A stretch of 64,000 nucleotides of DNA from Halarcobacter sp. (lineage in GTDB: Bacteria > Campylobacterota > Campylobacteria > Campylobacterales > Arcobacteraceae), in contig OY781089.1 in the NCBI GenBank assembly GCA_963676565.1, positions 384,001-448,000 on the forward strand, given 5' to 3'. Positions 10,286-20,998 of this stretch are shown here, piece after piece; the stretch's first letter is position 1; each line of letters begins with the position of its first letter. The notes under the pieces were generated by a model, which was not told the DNA's origin, ran no database searches, and saw only the letters and a list, made by a program, of their open reading frames with translations. The translations under genes were made by a program, and so were the position numbers.

Positions 10286-12640
10286 TTATTTATCTGTTTT
10301 TTTAGTCGTTGTTTTTTTTGTTGTAGTTTTTCTTCTACTAGTTGTTTTCTTTGTTGTAGTTTTTTTAGCTGCACTTCCCTTTGATTTTGGGTCTTTAGCA
10401 ATTATCTCTTTTACTTCTTCTAAAGTCAATTTTTGGGCATCAGCACCTTTAGGAATTTTAAAGTTTTTTCTTCCTTGTTTGATATATGGACCATATCTTC
10501 CATCTAAAATTTGGATTTTATCTTCTGGAAAATCTTGAATTAAAGCCTTAGCTTTTGCTTCATCAATCTCTTGGATAACCTCTAAAGCCCTTGGTAATTC
10601 AATAGTATAGGGATCATCAGTTTTAAGTGAATAGTATTTTGTTTTTACTTGTAAATATGGACCAAATCTTCCAATATTTGCTTTTATATCTTCACCATCA
10701 TTAGTTTGCCCAACAACTCTTGGTAAAGTAAATAGAAATAAAGCTTCATCAAGGGTAATTGTATCCATATTTAAATGATCTGGAATAGCAACAAATTTTG
10801 GTTTTTCTTCATCGTCTTTTGTTCCAATTTGAACAAATGGACCAAATCTTCCAACTCTTGCGCTGATTGGTTTTCCTGATTCAGGATCAGTTCCTATCTC
10901 TCTTACTTGAAGATAATCCTCTTTGTTAACACTTTCTTCTTTTTCATTTATTGTTTTTTTGAAATCACCATAAAACTCATTCATAACCTGTTGCCAAGCG
11001 ATTTTTCCATCAGCAATTTCATCAAACTCCTCTTCAACTTTTGCAGTAAATCCTAAATCAACAATATCAGGAAAATGATCAACTAAGAAACTATTTACTA
11101 TCTCTCCAGTTGGCGTTGGAGCAAGTTTTTTATCTTCAGTTCGTTCTACATATTCCCTTGCTTGAATAGTTGAAATAGTTGGAGCATAGGTTGATGGTCT
11201 ACCAATTCCCTCGCTTTCTAACTTTTTAACTAAAGAAGCTTCAGTATATCTTGCTGGTGGTTTTGTAAAGTTTTGTTCTAACTCTAGTTTTTCTAAATCT
11301 AAAATTGTCCCTACTTTAATACTCGGTAAGATTTTTTCACTACTATCAAGGGCTGATTCAGGATTATCACTTCCTTCCGTATAAGCTTTCATAAACCCAG
11401 CAAAAATAATTCTTTGTCCCTTTGTTTGAAACTCTAACTCTTTATCTTTTCCTGCACTAATTTTATATGTAGTATTTGCTATTTTTGCTGGAGCCATTTG
11501 TGTTGCTAAAGTTCTTTTCCAAATTAAATCATATAATCTAAATTGAGCATTATCAACATAAGGTTTTATCTCACTTGGTTTTAAAGCTAAATTTACTGGT
11601 CTAATTGCTTCGTGAGCTTCTTGTGCTCCCTTTGCTTTTGATTTATAAACTCTTGGTTTATTTAAACTATACTCTTTACCATACTCATTTTCAATAACTT
11701 CTTTTGCCTTACTTGTTGCAACTTTTGAAAGATTTAATGAGTCAGTTCTCATATATGTAATTAAACCACCTGTATGTCCTGGGATATTTCCAACATTTCC
11801 TTCATATAATTGTTGAGCAATAACCATTGTTTGTTTTACAGAAAGTCCAATTTTTCTTGATGCTTCTTGTTGTAAAGTTGAAGTTGTAAATGGAGCTGCT
11901 GGATTTCTGTTTGATTCTTTCTCTTCTATATCATAAAGTTCAAAATTACCTTGATTTATTGATGATTCAATCTCTTTAGCTCTTTGTTCATTTGGAATTT
12001 TTTCATTTTTTCCATTGATTTTTGCTAATTCTGCTTTTAACTCTGGATCGATAAAATCAGCTTTTACCTTCCAAAACTCTTCAGGGATAAATGCTCTTAT
12101 CTCGTTTTCTCTATCAACTATAATTCTAACGGCAACAGACTGAACTCTACCTGCACTAAGACCATATCTAACTTTTTTCCAAAGTAATGGTGAAAGTTCA
12201 TAACCAACCGCTCTATCAAGGATTCTTCTTGCCTGTTGTGCATCTACAAGGTGTTGATTTACTTCCCTTGGATTATTAATTGCTTCTAAAATAGCATCTT
12301 TTGTAATTTCGTGAAATACAATTCTTTTAAGTGGGTTTTTCTCAATTTTTAATGCAGGAATCAAGTGCCAAGCAATAGCTTCTCCCTCTCTATCCTCATC
12401 GGCAGCTAGGTAAATAGTAGTATCTTTTGTAATCTCTTTTTTCAAATCACTTATAACTTTTTTCTTGTCAGTTGAGATTAAATATTTTGGTTCAAAGTTA
12501 TTCTCTGGATCAAAGCCTAATTTTGACTTTGGAAGATCTCTTACATGCCCCATTGAGGCCATTACTTTATAATCTTTTCCTAAAAACTTTGATATTGTTT
12601 TTGCTTTTGCTGGTGACTCTACTATTACTAAATTCTTCAC
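10286..12640 (-). CDS. topA: DNA topoisomerase I
   Basis: LVIVESPAKAKTI, DEDREGEAIAWH, SAGRVQS, ITYMRTDS; GTG start. Confidence 0.98.
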   Translation of the reverse strand: MKNLVIVESPAKAKTISKFLGKDYKVMASMGHVRDLPKSKLGFDPENNFEPKYLISTDKKKVISDLKKEITKDTTIYLAADEDREGEAIAWHLIPALKIEKNPLKRIVFHEITKDAILEAINNPREVNQHLVDAQQARRILDRAVGYELSPLLWKKVRYGLSAGRVQSVAVRIIVDRENEIRAFIPEEFWKVKADFIDPELKAELAKINGKNEKIPNEQRAKEIESSINQGNFELYDIEEKESNRNPAAPFTTSTLQQEASRKIGLSVKQTMVIAQQLYEGNVGNIPGHTGGLITYMRTDSLNLSKVATSKAKEVIENEYGKEYSLNKPRVYKSKAKGAQEAHEAIRPVNLALKPSEIKPYVDNAQFRLYDLIWKRTLATQMAPAKIANTTYKISAGKDKELEFQTKGQRIIFAGFMKAYTEGSDNPESALDSSEKILPSIKVGTILDLEKLELEQNFTKPPARYTEASLVKKLESEGIGRPSTYAPTISTIQAREYVERTEDKKLAPTPTGEIVNSFLVDHFPDIVDLGFTAKVEEEFDEIADGKIAWQQVMNEFYGDFKKTINEKEESVNKEDYLQVREIGTDPESGKPISARVGRFGPFVQIGTKDDEEKPKFVAIPDHLNMDTITLDEALFLFTLPRVVGQTNDGEDIKANIGRFGPYLQVKTKYYSLKTDDPYTIELPRALEVIQEIDEAKAKALIQDFPEDKIQILDGRYGPYIKQGRKNFKIPKGADAQKLTLEEVKEIIAKDPKSKGSAAKKTTTKKTTSRRKTTTKKTTTKKTDK

Positions 12641-12706
12641 TAAAAATACCCTTACACTTATTATAAATCACGCATTCTAACATAAAAAAATTAAAAGCAT
12701 TTAATA

Positions 12707-13486
12707 TTAAAAAATTATGATCTCTTCTTGAATTTCTATATTAAACTGCTCTTTTATTCTGTTCTTTGCTTCGTTTATTAAATACATTGCATCCTCAAAA
12801 GTTCCCTCACCCTCATTTACTAAAAAATTCGCATGCACTTCTGAGAAACTCATATCACCTTTTTTTAATCCTTTTAAACCAACTTGTTCTATCAATCTTC
12901 CAGCATAATCACCTTCGGGATTTTTAAAACAACTTCCCGCACTTGGAGTATGGGGTTGATTATCTCTCATCTTCTTAAACATTTCACTTTTTTCTTTTGA
13001 ATAACCAGAAGATAGATTAAACACAAGCTCATAAACTATGGTATTGATATTTGTAAATCTATACCCATATTCGATTTCTTCTTTTTTTATATAACCATCT
13101 TTTGTCTTAATAGAATCTATATAGTTAAATATTTCCCATTCTTTTAAGCCTGCATTCATTTTTATAAGACCACCTAAATTACCAGGAAGTCTACCTAAAA
13201 ACTCAAAATTGGCTAAATTATGTTTTTTTGCATATGATAAAAGTTTACCTGATTTTACTGCACATCCTACATAAAGTTTGTCATCTTTTTGTTCAATATA
13301 CTCAAAAGCTTTCCCAAGTTTTGCAAACTTTGGAGGAGTATTTGATACTAAGATGTTATTGGCTTGTCCAATAATTTGATAATCATCATAATCCCCAACC
13401 TCGTTTATATTCAAAACTTCACAAATAGGGCCTATTTTTATTGAACTATATTTTTTAAAATCAAGCTTTTCAAAAAAGTTTTCCAT
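12707..13486 (-). CDS. murB: UDP-N-acetylmuramate dehydrogenase
   Basis: LPGNLGGLIKMNAG, QP..PSAGSCFKNP, HANFLVN. Confidence 0.95.
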   Translation of the reverse strand: MENFFEKLDFKKYSSIKIGPICEVLNINEVGDYDDYQIIGQANNILVSNTPPKFAKLGKAFEYIEQKDDKLYVGCAVKSGKLLSYAKKHNLANFEFLGRLPGNLGGLIKMNAGLKEWEIFNYIDSIKTKDGYIKKEEIEYGYRFTNINTIVYELVFNLSSGYSKEKSEMFKKMRDNQPHTPSAGSCFKNPEGDYAGRLIEQVGLKGLKKGDMSFSEVHANFLVNEGEGTFEDAMYLINEAKNRIKEQFNIEIQEEIIIF

Positions 13487-13489
13487 TTA

Positions 13490-14353
13490 CTACTTTTCTC
13501 TAAACTCTTTATATTCACTTGGAATTAAAAAATCTTTTGCTTTTATTAGATTTTCATAATATCCATGTTTATACCCAAGCTCAAAAAGTTTATCTAATGC
13601 CTTAAATTGAATCTCACTTAACTCTACAGAGTTATCATTTGCATAAAGATCTAAATATGTATCTAAAGTATCAGCATCCACTCTAATTAAACCTTTTTCA
13701 AGTAGCATTGGAGCTAAAACTTTTCTATTTTTATTTGCAACATCAACAGCTTTGATAAGTGTATTTTCATAATCAATTGCACTATGAAGAGGGATTGATC
13801 TTCTTAAACACATACCACCTAATGGCAATGGTAAATCTCCTCCACTAAGTTCAACCCAAATATCCCACATCTCTCGTTCTACTTCAAGTTCTTCATTAAA
13901 AGTTAAAATTGACTCATGAATTAATACACCTGCATCAACTTCCCCATCTAAGACTGCTTGTTCTATATCTAAAAAGTTCATATATATGATTCTAGCTTCT
14001 GGGTAAGCTATTTTAAATAAAAGTGCATTTGTTGTAAACTCACCACTAAGTGCAACTTTAAAATTTCTTTTTAGTTTCTTATCTTTTTTCTTAATAAGCT
14101 TAGGTCCATAACCTTCTCCAAATGAAACTGCTGTTTTAAGTAATGCGTAATCATCCTTTACTAAAGGATATAAAGCAAAGGAAATAGCACAAATATCATA
14201 CTCTCCTTTTAAAGTTGCTTGGTTTAATGTTTCAATATCATCTGCAATATTTTCAAATTTTGCATCTTTAGAAGTAACCCAACCAAACTTAATAGCATAA
14301 TACATAAATATATCATCAGCATCAGGAGAATGTGCAACACTTATAGTTTTCAA
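13490..14353 (-). CDS. mqnD: 1,4-dihydroxy-6-naphthoate synthase (futalosine menaquinone pathway)
   Basis: AHSPDADDIFM, DIETLN, LIHE, LPLPLGG; start moved to TTG 14353, which follows AAAGG. Confidence 0.85.
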   Translation of the reverse strand: MKTISVAHSPDADDIFMYYAIKFGWVTSKDAKFENIADDIETLNQATLKGEYDICAISFALYPLVKDDYALLKTAVSFGEGYGPKLIKKKDKKLKRNFKVALSGEFTTNALLFKIAYPEARIIYMNFLDIEQAVLDGEVDAGVLIHESILTFNEELEVEREMWDIWVELSGGDLPLPLGGMCLRRSIPLHSAIDYENTLIKAVDVANKNRKVLAPMLLEKGLIRVDADTLDTYLDLYANDNSVELSEIQFKALDKLFELGYKHGYYENLIKAKDFLIPSEYKEFREK

Positions 14354-14507
14354 AATAGACCTTTTATCATAAATTTGTATGGGATTGTAGCAAGTTATCA
14401 ATTACTTTTTGTTTAGCTTAATTTGTACACTTAATATTCAATTATGTCACGTTAAGTTCATAAAGAAGTGTTAAAATTTTATAAGTACTCAATAAAAGGG
14501 GGAACTC

Positions 14508-15110
14508 ATGAGAGTTAAGATTATTGATTGTACGGAAAAACCACATAAGGATGTTGAAAAAATTGTAAATTTTGTAAGTGAGTATTTACAAAGAAATAAT
14601 ATCGAATATACAAAATTGACTTTAAAAGAGCTACAATTTGCTCAATGTACTGAATGTAGATGCTGTACACAGAAAAAAAGTGATGCACCAGTTAAGTGTG
14701 TTTTAAAAGATGAACTAAATGATGAACTAGATAATATTGAAGCCGCTAATAGATATATAATTATAGCGGATAGAAATAATCTATTCTCAAAAAATAAAGT
14801 TCATGAAAAATTTTCCCAAAGACTTGTTGCATATTACTACTGGCCTTATGGACAAGTTCAATCTACCTTACGAAGAGTAGCTCAAGCAAAAAGCTCTATT
14901 TTGATAAATTATAATACTACAAAATATTTTATGAATCATAGTTTTTATACCTCTAAACACTATATGGAACATACTTCTTCTTCAATAGGTGCAAAAGTTA
15001 TTGACTGGCAAGCAGTAACTCCAAAAAAAGATATTATAAAAAGCTATGAAAAAAGATTAATTGAGATGATAGATAAACTTTTACACTCTTTTGAACAAAA
15101 GGCTTCTTGA
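14508..15110 (+). CDS. Divergent iron-sulfur flavoprotein / flavodoxin-like fold protein
   Basis: CTECRCC...C.LKDEL pattern like the Isf CxxCxxC-x-C motif; GGGGGA RBS. Confidence 0.55.
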   Translation: MRVKIIDCTEKPHKDVEKIVNFVSEYLQRNNIEYTKLTLKELQFAQCTECRCCTQKKSDAPVKCVLKDELNDELDNIEAANRYIIIADRNNLFSKNKVHEKFSQRLVAYYYWPYGQVQSTLRRVAQAKSSILINYNTTKYFMNHSFYTSKHYMEHTSSSIGAKVIDWQAVTPKKDIIKSYEKRLIEMIDKLLHSFEQKAS

Positions 15111-15138
15111 TATATAAATGTTTATTTATTTCCAAGTT

Positions 15139-15167
15139 TGGACATTAGGAAAAAATCCTAATATCCA
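15139..15167. terminator. Hairpin overlapping the nuoN stop (nuo operon terminator candidate)
   Basis: TGGACATTAGGA-AAAAA-TCCTAATATCCA; the mismatch is a G-U pair on the minus-strand RNA. Confidence 0.65.
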
Positions 15168-16645
15168 GAAGTTTGTACATAATATGAGATTATGTCTAAT
15201 AAAGGGTCAACCATAAAAATTGAAAGAATTGTAATTATTGCACAAAAACCAATTACAGTTTTAATAGATGTAGTTGCATTTGCCATATATTTTACTTGGT
15301 TTCCTTCAATTGGATCTTTTAAGAACATATAAACAATTGGTTTTAAATAATAGAATCCTGCAATTGCTGAATTTATTACCATAATAAGTGCCAATAACAT
15401 ATAACCTGCATTTACACTTGCTCCAATTAAATACATTTTTCCCCAGAAAAGTGCAAATGGTGGAATACCCGCAAGAGATAGTAAAAATAGTCCCATCATT
15501 GTTGCAGTAAATGGTGAGCTTTTTATAAGTCCTGAGTATTTTTCCAAAGCGTGGTCCGAAGAGAATTGATAATCTTTACTTCTGTTTAACCAAAGCATCG
15601 TAAATCCACCAAGATTTGTAACTAAAAACATAATCCAGTATAAGAATAGTGCATTTGTTGCTTGTGTAGTTCCTATTAAAATTGCTGCCATTGCAAACCC
15701 TGCATTTGAGATTGAAGAGTATGCAAGCATTCTATTTATATCATTTTGAAGTAAAGCAATTATATTTGGAATAGTCATTGATAATACAACAATTACATAA
15801 AGAATAATCTCTATAAATCTATCTCCGCTTGCTATAAATATTTCAAAAAATCTTAATGCCACAACAAATCCTGCCATTTTAGGAACAATAGACATAAATC
15901 CTGCTAAGGCTGCAGTTGCTCCTTCATATACATCAGGAACCCAAACATGGAATGGAACCAGTGATATTTTAAAAGCTAAGGCACCTAACATAAATACAAC
16001 ACCAATTAAGATAATTGGATAATTTTCAAAATTTGATTCAACTAAGATTTGAGACATTTGTCCTAATTCAACAGTTCCTGTTAAACCATAGAAAATCATA
16101 GAACCAAAGGCAAAAAATGCAGTTGCTAAAGCACCCATTGTAAAGTACTTAATAGCTGCTTCTAAAGCATTTTTTCTATTATGCATTGCAATAATTGTAT
16201 ATAAAGACATTGAAGCTGTTTCAAGACCAACAAAGATTAAGATTAAAGAATCTGAACTAACCATAAACTGGAACCCTGCAACCATAAATAAATATAAAGC
16301 AAAGTACTCTGGATATCTATACTCTTGGAATCTTAATTTACCCATTGCTGTAAAAACAAAAAGAAGTGAAGCGATTACAATTACTCCTTGAGAAAGTATT
16401 GAGATACCATCCACAAGCATTAAATCAAAAAAGCCCCTTACATTTCCAGAAAAACCAATTAATACCCCAAAGTCAACAATTAAAAATAAAACTGTTAACA
16501 TAACATATAAAGATTTATCTAAATTCTTATTTACTAAGTCAATGACCAAAATTACAAGCGCCCCAACTATTGCAACAAGCATAGGAACTATTGTTCCAAA
16601 ATTTAAACTAGCAAATTCAATTGATACAGGTGGTATATTTATCAT
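15158..16645 (-). CDS. nuoN: NADH-quinone oxidoreductase subunit N
   Basis: EAAIKYF, FKISLVPFHVWVPDVYEG, RMLAYSSI; operon position. Confidence 0.96.
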   Translation of the reverse strand: MINIPPVSIEFASLNFGTIVPMLVAIVGALVILVIDLVNKNLDKSLYVMLTVLFLIVDFGVLIGFSGNVRGFFDLMLVDGISILSQGVIVIASLLFVFTAMGKLRFQEYRYPEYFALYLFMVAGFQFMVSSDSLILIFVGLETASMSLYTIIAMHNRKNALEAAIKYFTMGALATAFFAFGSMIFYGLTGTVELGQMSQILVESNFENYPIILIGVVFMLGALAFKISLVPFHVWVPDVYEGATAALAGFMSIVPKMAGFVVALRFFEIFIASGDRFIEIILYVIVVLSMTIPNIIALLQNDINRMLAYSSISNAGFAMAAILIGTTQATNALFLYWIMFLVTNLGGFTMLWLNRSKDYQFSSDHALEKYSGLIKSSPFTATMMGLFLLSLAGIPPFALFWGKMYLIGASVNAGYMLLALIMVINSAIAGFYYLKPIVYMFLKDPIEGNQVKYMANATTSIKTVIGFCAIITILSIFMVDPLLDIISYYVQTSGY

Positions 16646-18171
16646 TTTGCACCTCCTTGAATACTATTAGACTCCATAAGTCTAGTCTTTGTAGTAGGGT
16701 TTACTGCTTTTAATTGCATAACTTCCACTAAGGCAGATACAGATGTATCTACAGGTTTTAAAATAGGTTTTGGATAAACACCTAAGATTACAACCAATGC
16801 TACAAGGGGAATTAATGCCGCTAACTCACGACCTTTTACATCTTCAAGATTTTTATTCTCTTCATGAATAACAGGTCCAAAGAATGATTTTTTATACATC
16901 ACCAACATATAAACAGCACCTAAAATAATTGTAAGTCCAGCAATAATTGTTAATATAGGAGATACTTTGAAAAATCCAAGTAAAGATAAAAACTCACCTA
17001 CAAAACCAATAGTTAAAGGAAGACCAACTGAAGCCATCAACATAATTCCAAAAATAGTTGCATATTTTGGCATTACAGAAGCTAATCCTCCAAAATCTTT
17101 TATCATCTTAGTATGTCGTCTATCATATATAACTCCAACTAACATAAACAGAGCTCCTGATACAATACCGTGAGAAATCATTAAGAAAATTGATCCACCA
17201 ATACCTTCAACATTTAGTGCAAAAATACCTAAAATAATAACACCCATGTGTGAAACAGATGAGTAAGCAATTACTTGTTTCATATCCTCTTGGGCGTAAG
17301 CAACCATTGCAGTGTAAACAATTGCAATAAGAGCAAGTGCTGCCATTGGATAAGTAAAATAAACAGAGGCATCAGGGAAAAGTGGTAATGAAAATCTTAC
17401 AAAACCATATGTACCCATTTTAAGTAAAACAGCAGCTAAGATTACAGAACCTATTGTTGGTGCTTGACCATGGGCATATGGAAGCCATGTATGAAATGGG
17501 AACATTGGAACTTTGATTGCAAAACCACAGAAAAAGGCAATAAATAACCAAGTTTGCATATCAAAAGGTAAAATAAGCATATTCCAATCTAAGATACTAA
17601 AGCTCCAGTTTCCTGTTGTTTGAAAATAAACATATCCAAGATATAGCATACCAACCAACATAACTAAAGAACCAATGAAGGTATATAAGAAGAACTTAAT
17701 AGCTGCATAGATTCTAAGTTGTCCACCCCATGCACCAACAATATAAAGCATTGGTACTAAAGATAATTCCCAGAACATATAGAAAATGATTGCATCTAAA
17801 GCTAAAAATACTCCAACCATTGTCATTTCTAAAAATAAAACAGTGATAATCATATGTTTTAAATTTCTTTTCTCAGTAAGTCCAATCACTGCAATCATAG
17901 TCATGAAAGTAGTCATAATCACTAAAAATAGTGAAATTCCATCGATACCCACTAAGTAATTAATACCGTATGAACTTATTATTGGTAAGGTTTCACTAAA
18001 CTGCATTCCAGCTACATTTGTATCAAAATTTGCCCAAAGAAAAATACTTAAAACAAATTCTAATGCAGTAACAACAATACCATACATTCTAATAGAGTCA
18101 TTTTTTACTAAAAACCCTACAAATGCTGCAAATGCTGGAAAAAATATTAAAATTGATAAAATGTGTTCCAT
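16642..18171 (-). CDS. nuoM: NADH-quinone oxidoreductase subunit M
   Basis: FAIKVPMFPFHTWLPYAH, LLKMGTYG, AYSSVSHMG. Confidence 0.97.
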   Translation of the reverse strand: MEHILSILIFFPAFAAFVGFLVKNDSIRMYGIVVTALEFVLSIFLWANFDTNVAGMQFSETLPIISSYGINYLVGIDGISLFLVIMTTFMTMIAVIGLTEKRNLKHMIITVLFLEMTMVGVFLALDAIIFYMFWELSLVPMLYIVGAWGGQLRIYAAIKFFLYTFIGSLVMLVGMLYLGYVYFQTTGNWSFSILDWNMLILPFDMQTWLFIAFFCGFAIKVPMFPFHTWLPYAHGQAPTIGSVILAAVLLKMGTYGFVRFSLPLFPDASVYFTYPMAALALIAIVYTAMVAYAQEDMKQVIAYSSVSHMGVIILGIFALNVEGIGGSIFLMISHGIVSGALFMLVGVIYDRRHTKMIKDFGGLASVMPKYATIFGIMLMASVGLPLTIGFVGEFLSLLGFFKVSPILTIIAGLTIILGAVYMLVMYKKSFFGPVIHEENKNLEDVKGRELAALIPLVALVVILGVYPKPILKPVDTSVSALVEVMQLKAVNPTTKTRLMESNSIQGGAK

Positions 18172-18183
18172 CTACTTAACCCC

Positions 18184-20118
18184 TTACTTTGCAATACCAA
18201 ATGCCACACTAAGCACTAGTAATACAGTAATACCAACAACCATCAATCTTAATGCAGTTGATAAATTTCCACTTTGAATAGGCCTACTTGCCTCACCACT
18301 TTTATAAATAACTTTTGCAATTCCATCAACGATAGCATCAACAATTTTAAGATCGATATTTTTCCATGAAAATTTAGAAAGTGCTAAATATGGTTTGTTG
18401 ATAACATTTTCAATAAAATGAGGCATAAAATATTGATTTGCTAAAATTTTATAACAAGGTCTATGCTTAAACTTTTCACTAAAGTATTTACCATCTTTTC
18501 TAAATTTAATAACAGCAAAAGCTATACCACCTAAGGCAATTCCAAGTGTTATTACAATCAAAATCCAAAGTGTTGCATTACTTACATGAACTTCAAGTTC
18601 TGGTAAAACCTTTGTAACCATCTCGATAAATGGTGCCTTAAAGAATCCTGCAATAACAGCTAAAATAGCAAGTGGAGTCATTGCAGCAATTACATATGGA
18701 TATGTTTCGTGTGGATGATAATTAAATTTCTTGAAATTTTCTTCCCCATGGAATACATACATAACAAGTCTAAATGAATAAAAAGCAGTTAACCCAGCAG
18801 TTAACCATAAAATTGCCCATAAAATATATGAATGGTGTCCAAAGGCAACTTCTAAAATTAAATCTTTTGAGAAGAAACCTGAAAGTGGGAAGATACCAGC
18901 TAAAGCAACAGAAGCAACTGTCATAATAATTGAAGTTCCTTTCATATGCTTATGAAGTCCACCCATATTTTTAATATTAATCTCATCATTAAGTGCATGC
19001 ATCACATTACCAGCACCTAAGAATAGAACTGATTTAAAGAAGGCGTGAGTAGCAAGATGAAAAAGAGCAACCCAATAAGCTCCAAGACCAGCTGCAACAA
19101 ACATATAACCAAGTTGAGATAATGTTGAGAATGCAATGATTTTTTTAATATTAGTTGCAACAAGTGCCATTGAAGCTGCTCCAATTGCTACTAATGCTCC
19201 TAAACAAGCTATAAAATATCCAACCTCTGGAACAATTACAAAAATCTCATTTGCTCTAATTACTAAATAAACCCCAGCTGTAACCATAGTTGCAGCGTGA
19301 ATTAGTGCAGAAACAGGAGTAGGTCCTTCCATTGCATTTGCAAGCCATTGATTAAATGGAAATTGTGCTGATTTACCCATAGCACCAATAAAAAGAAATA
19401 TTCCAATTGCAACTATAATTGAAGTATCTAAACTCCCAATATTTGCGAAAACTTCATCATATTGTAAACTTCCAAGATTCCAATAGATTAAGAATAATCC
19501 AACCAACATTCCAAGGTCAGCAATTCTATTTGTAATAAAAGCTTCATTTGCTGCAAAACTAGGACTTATTGACGAAAATGGTGATAAAGTTGAAAATGGT
19601 GATTTATAAATATCATCAGATTTTTCCCTATCAGCAACATGGTACCAAAATCCAATTAGTCCCCAAGAACAAAGTCCAACACCTTCCCATCCAATAAATA
19701 ATCCAGCAAAGTTATCTGACATAACTAAAATCATCATTGAAAATACGAAAGCTGAAAGCCAAGCAAAAAATCTATTAAATGATTTATCATGATCCATATA
19801 ACCAATTGAATGGATATGAACCATAGTTGAAACAATTGTTACTACAACCATCATCACAACGCTTACTTGATCAACAACAAAACCAAATGGGATATCTAAG
19901 TTTCCTATTTGTATCCAATCAAGCATTCTTACATGAACAATTGCTTCTGTTGAATAAACATATTGAAGTAATACCAATGAAGCTATCATTGAAACTGCCA
20001 GTAAAGCAGATGTGATAATTCCTGTAAAAAGCATTTTAGGTCTGTTTGAAAAACAAGCCGCAATCAATGAACCTAAAAGAGGGGCAAAAAGTGCAATATA
20101 TAAATATTTTTCCATCAT
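18184..20118 (-). CDS. nuoL: NADH-quinone oxidoreductase subunit L
   Basis: GWEGVGLCS, GKSAQFP, AMEGPTPVSALIHAATMVTAG, THAFFK. Confidence 0.97.
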   Translation of the reverse strand: MMEKYLYIALFAPLLGSLIAACFSNRPKMLFTGIITSALLAVSMIASLVLLQYVYSTEAIVHVRMLDWIQIGNLDIPFGFVVDQVSVVMMVVVTIVSTMVHIHSIGYMDHDKSFNRFFAWLSAFVFSMMILVMSDNFAGLFIGWEGVGLCSWGLIGFWYHVADREKSDDIYKSPFSTLSPFSSISPSFAANEAFITNRIADLGMLVGLFLIYWNLGSLQYDEVFANIGSLDTSIIVAIGIFLFIGAMGKSAQFPFNQWLANAMEGPTPVSALIHAATMVTAGVYLVIRANEIFVIVPEVGYFIACLGALVAIGAASMALVATNIKKIIAFSTLSQLGYMFVAAGLGAYWVALFHLATHAFFKSVLFLGAGNVMHALNDEINIKNMGGLHKHMKGTSIIMTVASVALAGIFPLSGFFSKDLILEVAFGHHSYILWAILWLTAGLTAFYSFRLVMYVFHGEENFKKFNYHPHETYPYVIAAMTPLAILAVIAGFFKAPFIEMVTKVLPELEVHVSNATLWILIVITLGIALGGIAFAVIKFRKDGKYFSEKFKHRPCYKILANQYFMPHFIENVINKPYLALSKFSWKNIDLKIVDAIVDGIAKVIYKSGEASRPIQSGNLSTALRLMVVGITVLLVLSVAFGIAK

Positions 20119-20417
20119 TAGCCCTTCATACTTTGTAAACTATCTAAATCAATAGTACCAGTTTTCTTGTACCAAAGAATCAATAATCCAAGACCAATGG
20201 CAACCTCACTTGCCGCAATTGCAACAATAAAAAAGGCGAACATTTGACCTGTTAAATCTCCATGAAACTTAGAAATTGCGGCAAATCCAACATTTACTGC
20301 ATTTAACATAATCTCTGTAGAGAAAAATAACATAAGTAAATTTTTTCTTTTAATAACACCGACCATACCTATTAAAAATAACACAGCCGAAAGTATAAGG
20401 TATGCGTTTAAACTCAT
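20118..20417 (-). CDS. nuoK: NADH-quinone oxidoreductase subunit K
   Basis: EIMLNAVN, AASEVAIGL. Confidence 0.96.
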   Translation of the reverse strand: MSLNAYLILSAVLFLIGMVGVIKRKNLLMLFFSTEIMLNAVNVGFAAISKFHGDLTGQMFAFFIVAIAASEVAIGLGLLILWYKKTGTIDLDSLQSMKG

Positions 20418-20989
20418 TTATTATCCTTTGCCAATGTTTCTTTTTCTAATGAATCAATCTCTTCTTCACTTAAATCAGAATATGAAACATCCATTTTCTT
20501 ACCAGCTAAAATAATCCCACCAATCATTGCAACAAGTAACATAACTGCTGCAACCTCAAAAGGAATAAGATATTTAGTAAATAAAACAATACCAACATCT
20601 TGTGTATTTCCCCATTCAGGGTGAACTGGATATTGTGCTTCAATATTACTTCCAATAATTGGACTTACAAAGATTAGTACAATAATCAAGGCACTAATTC
20701 CTGTTAATAAAAATACCAATCTAGGATTATTAACTTTTTCTTTTACAGTTGATAGTGAATCGAAGAACATCATACCAAAGGCATATAAAGCCATAACAGC
20801 CCCTGTATAAACCACAATTTGCACTGCACCCAAGAAATCAGCATCTAATAAAAAGAAGAAAGCTGAAATAAAAATCATTCCTGCTGCCAAAGAACTTAAG
20901 GCATACAATGAATTATTTGTAAACACTGTTATAGAAAACATAACAATTGTTAAAATTGAAAATAGATAAAAAGCTACTATCTCAAACAT
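20414..20989 (-). CDS. nuoJ: NADH-quinone oxidoreductase subunit J
   Basis: QIVVYTGAVM, YLIPFEVAAVMLLVAMIG. Confidence 0.95.
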   Translation of the reverse strand: MFEIVAFYLFSILTIVMFSITVFTNNSLYALSSLAAGMIFISAFFFLLDADFLGAVQIVVYTGAVMALYAFGMMFFDSLSTVKEKVNNPRLVFLLTGISALIIVLIFVSPIIGSNIEAQYPVHPEWGNTQDVGIVLFTKYLIPFEVAAVMLLVAMIGGIILAGKKMDVSYSDLSEEEIDSLEKETLAKDNK

Positions 20990-20998
20990 TTCCCCTCC

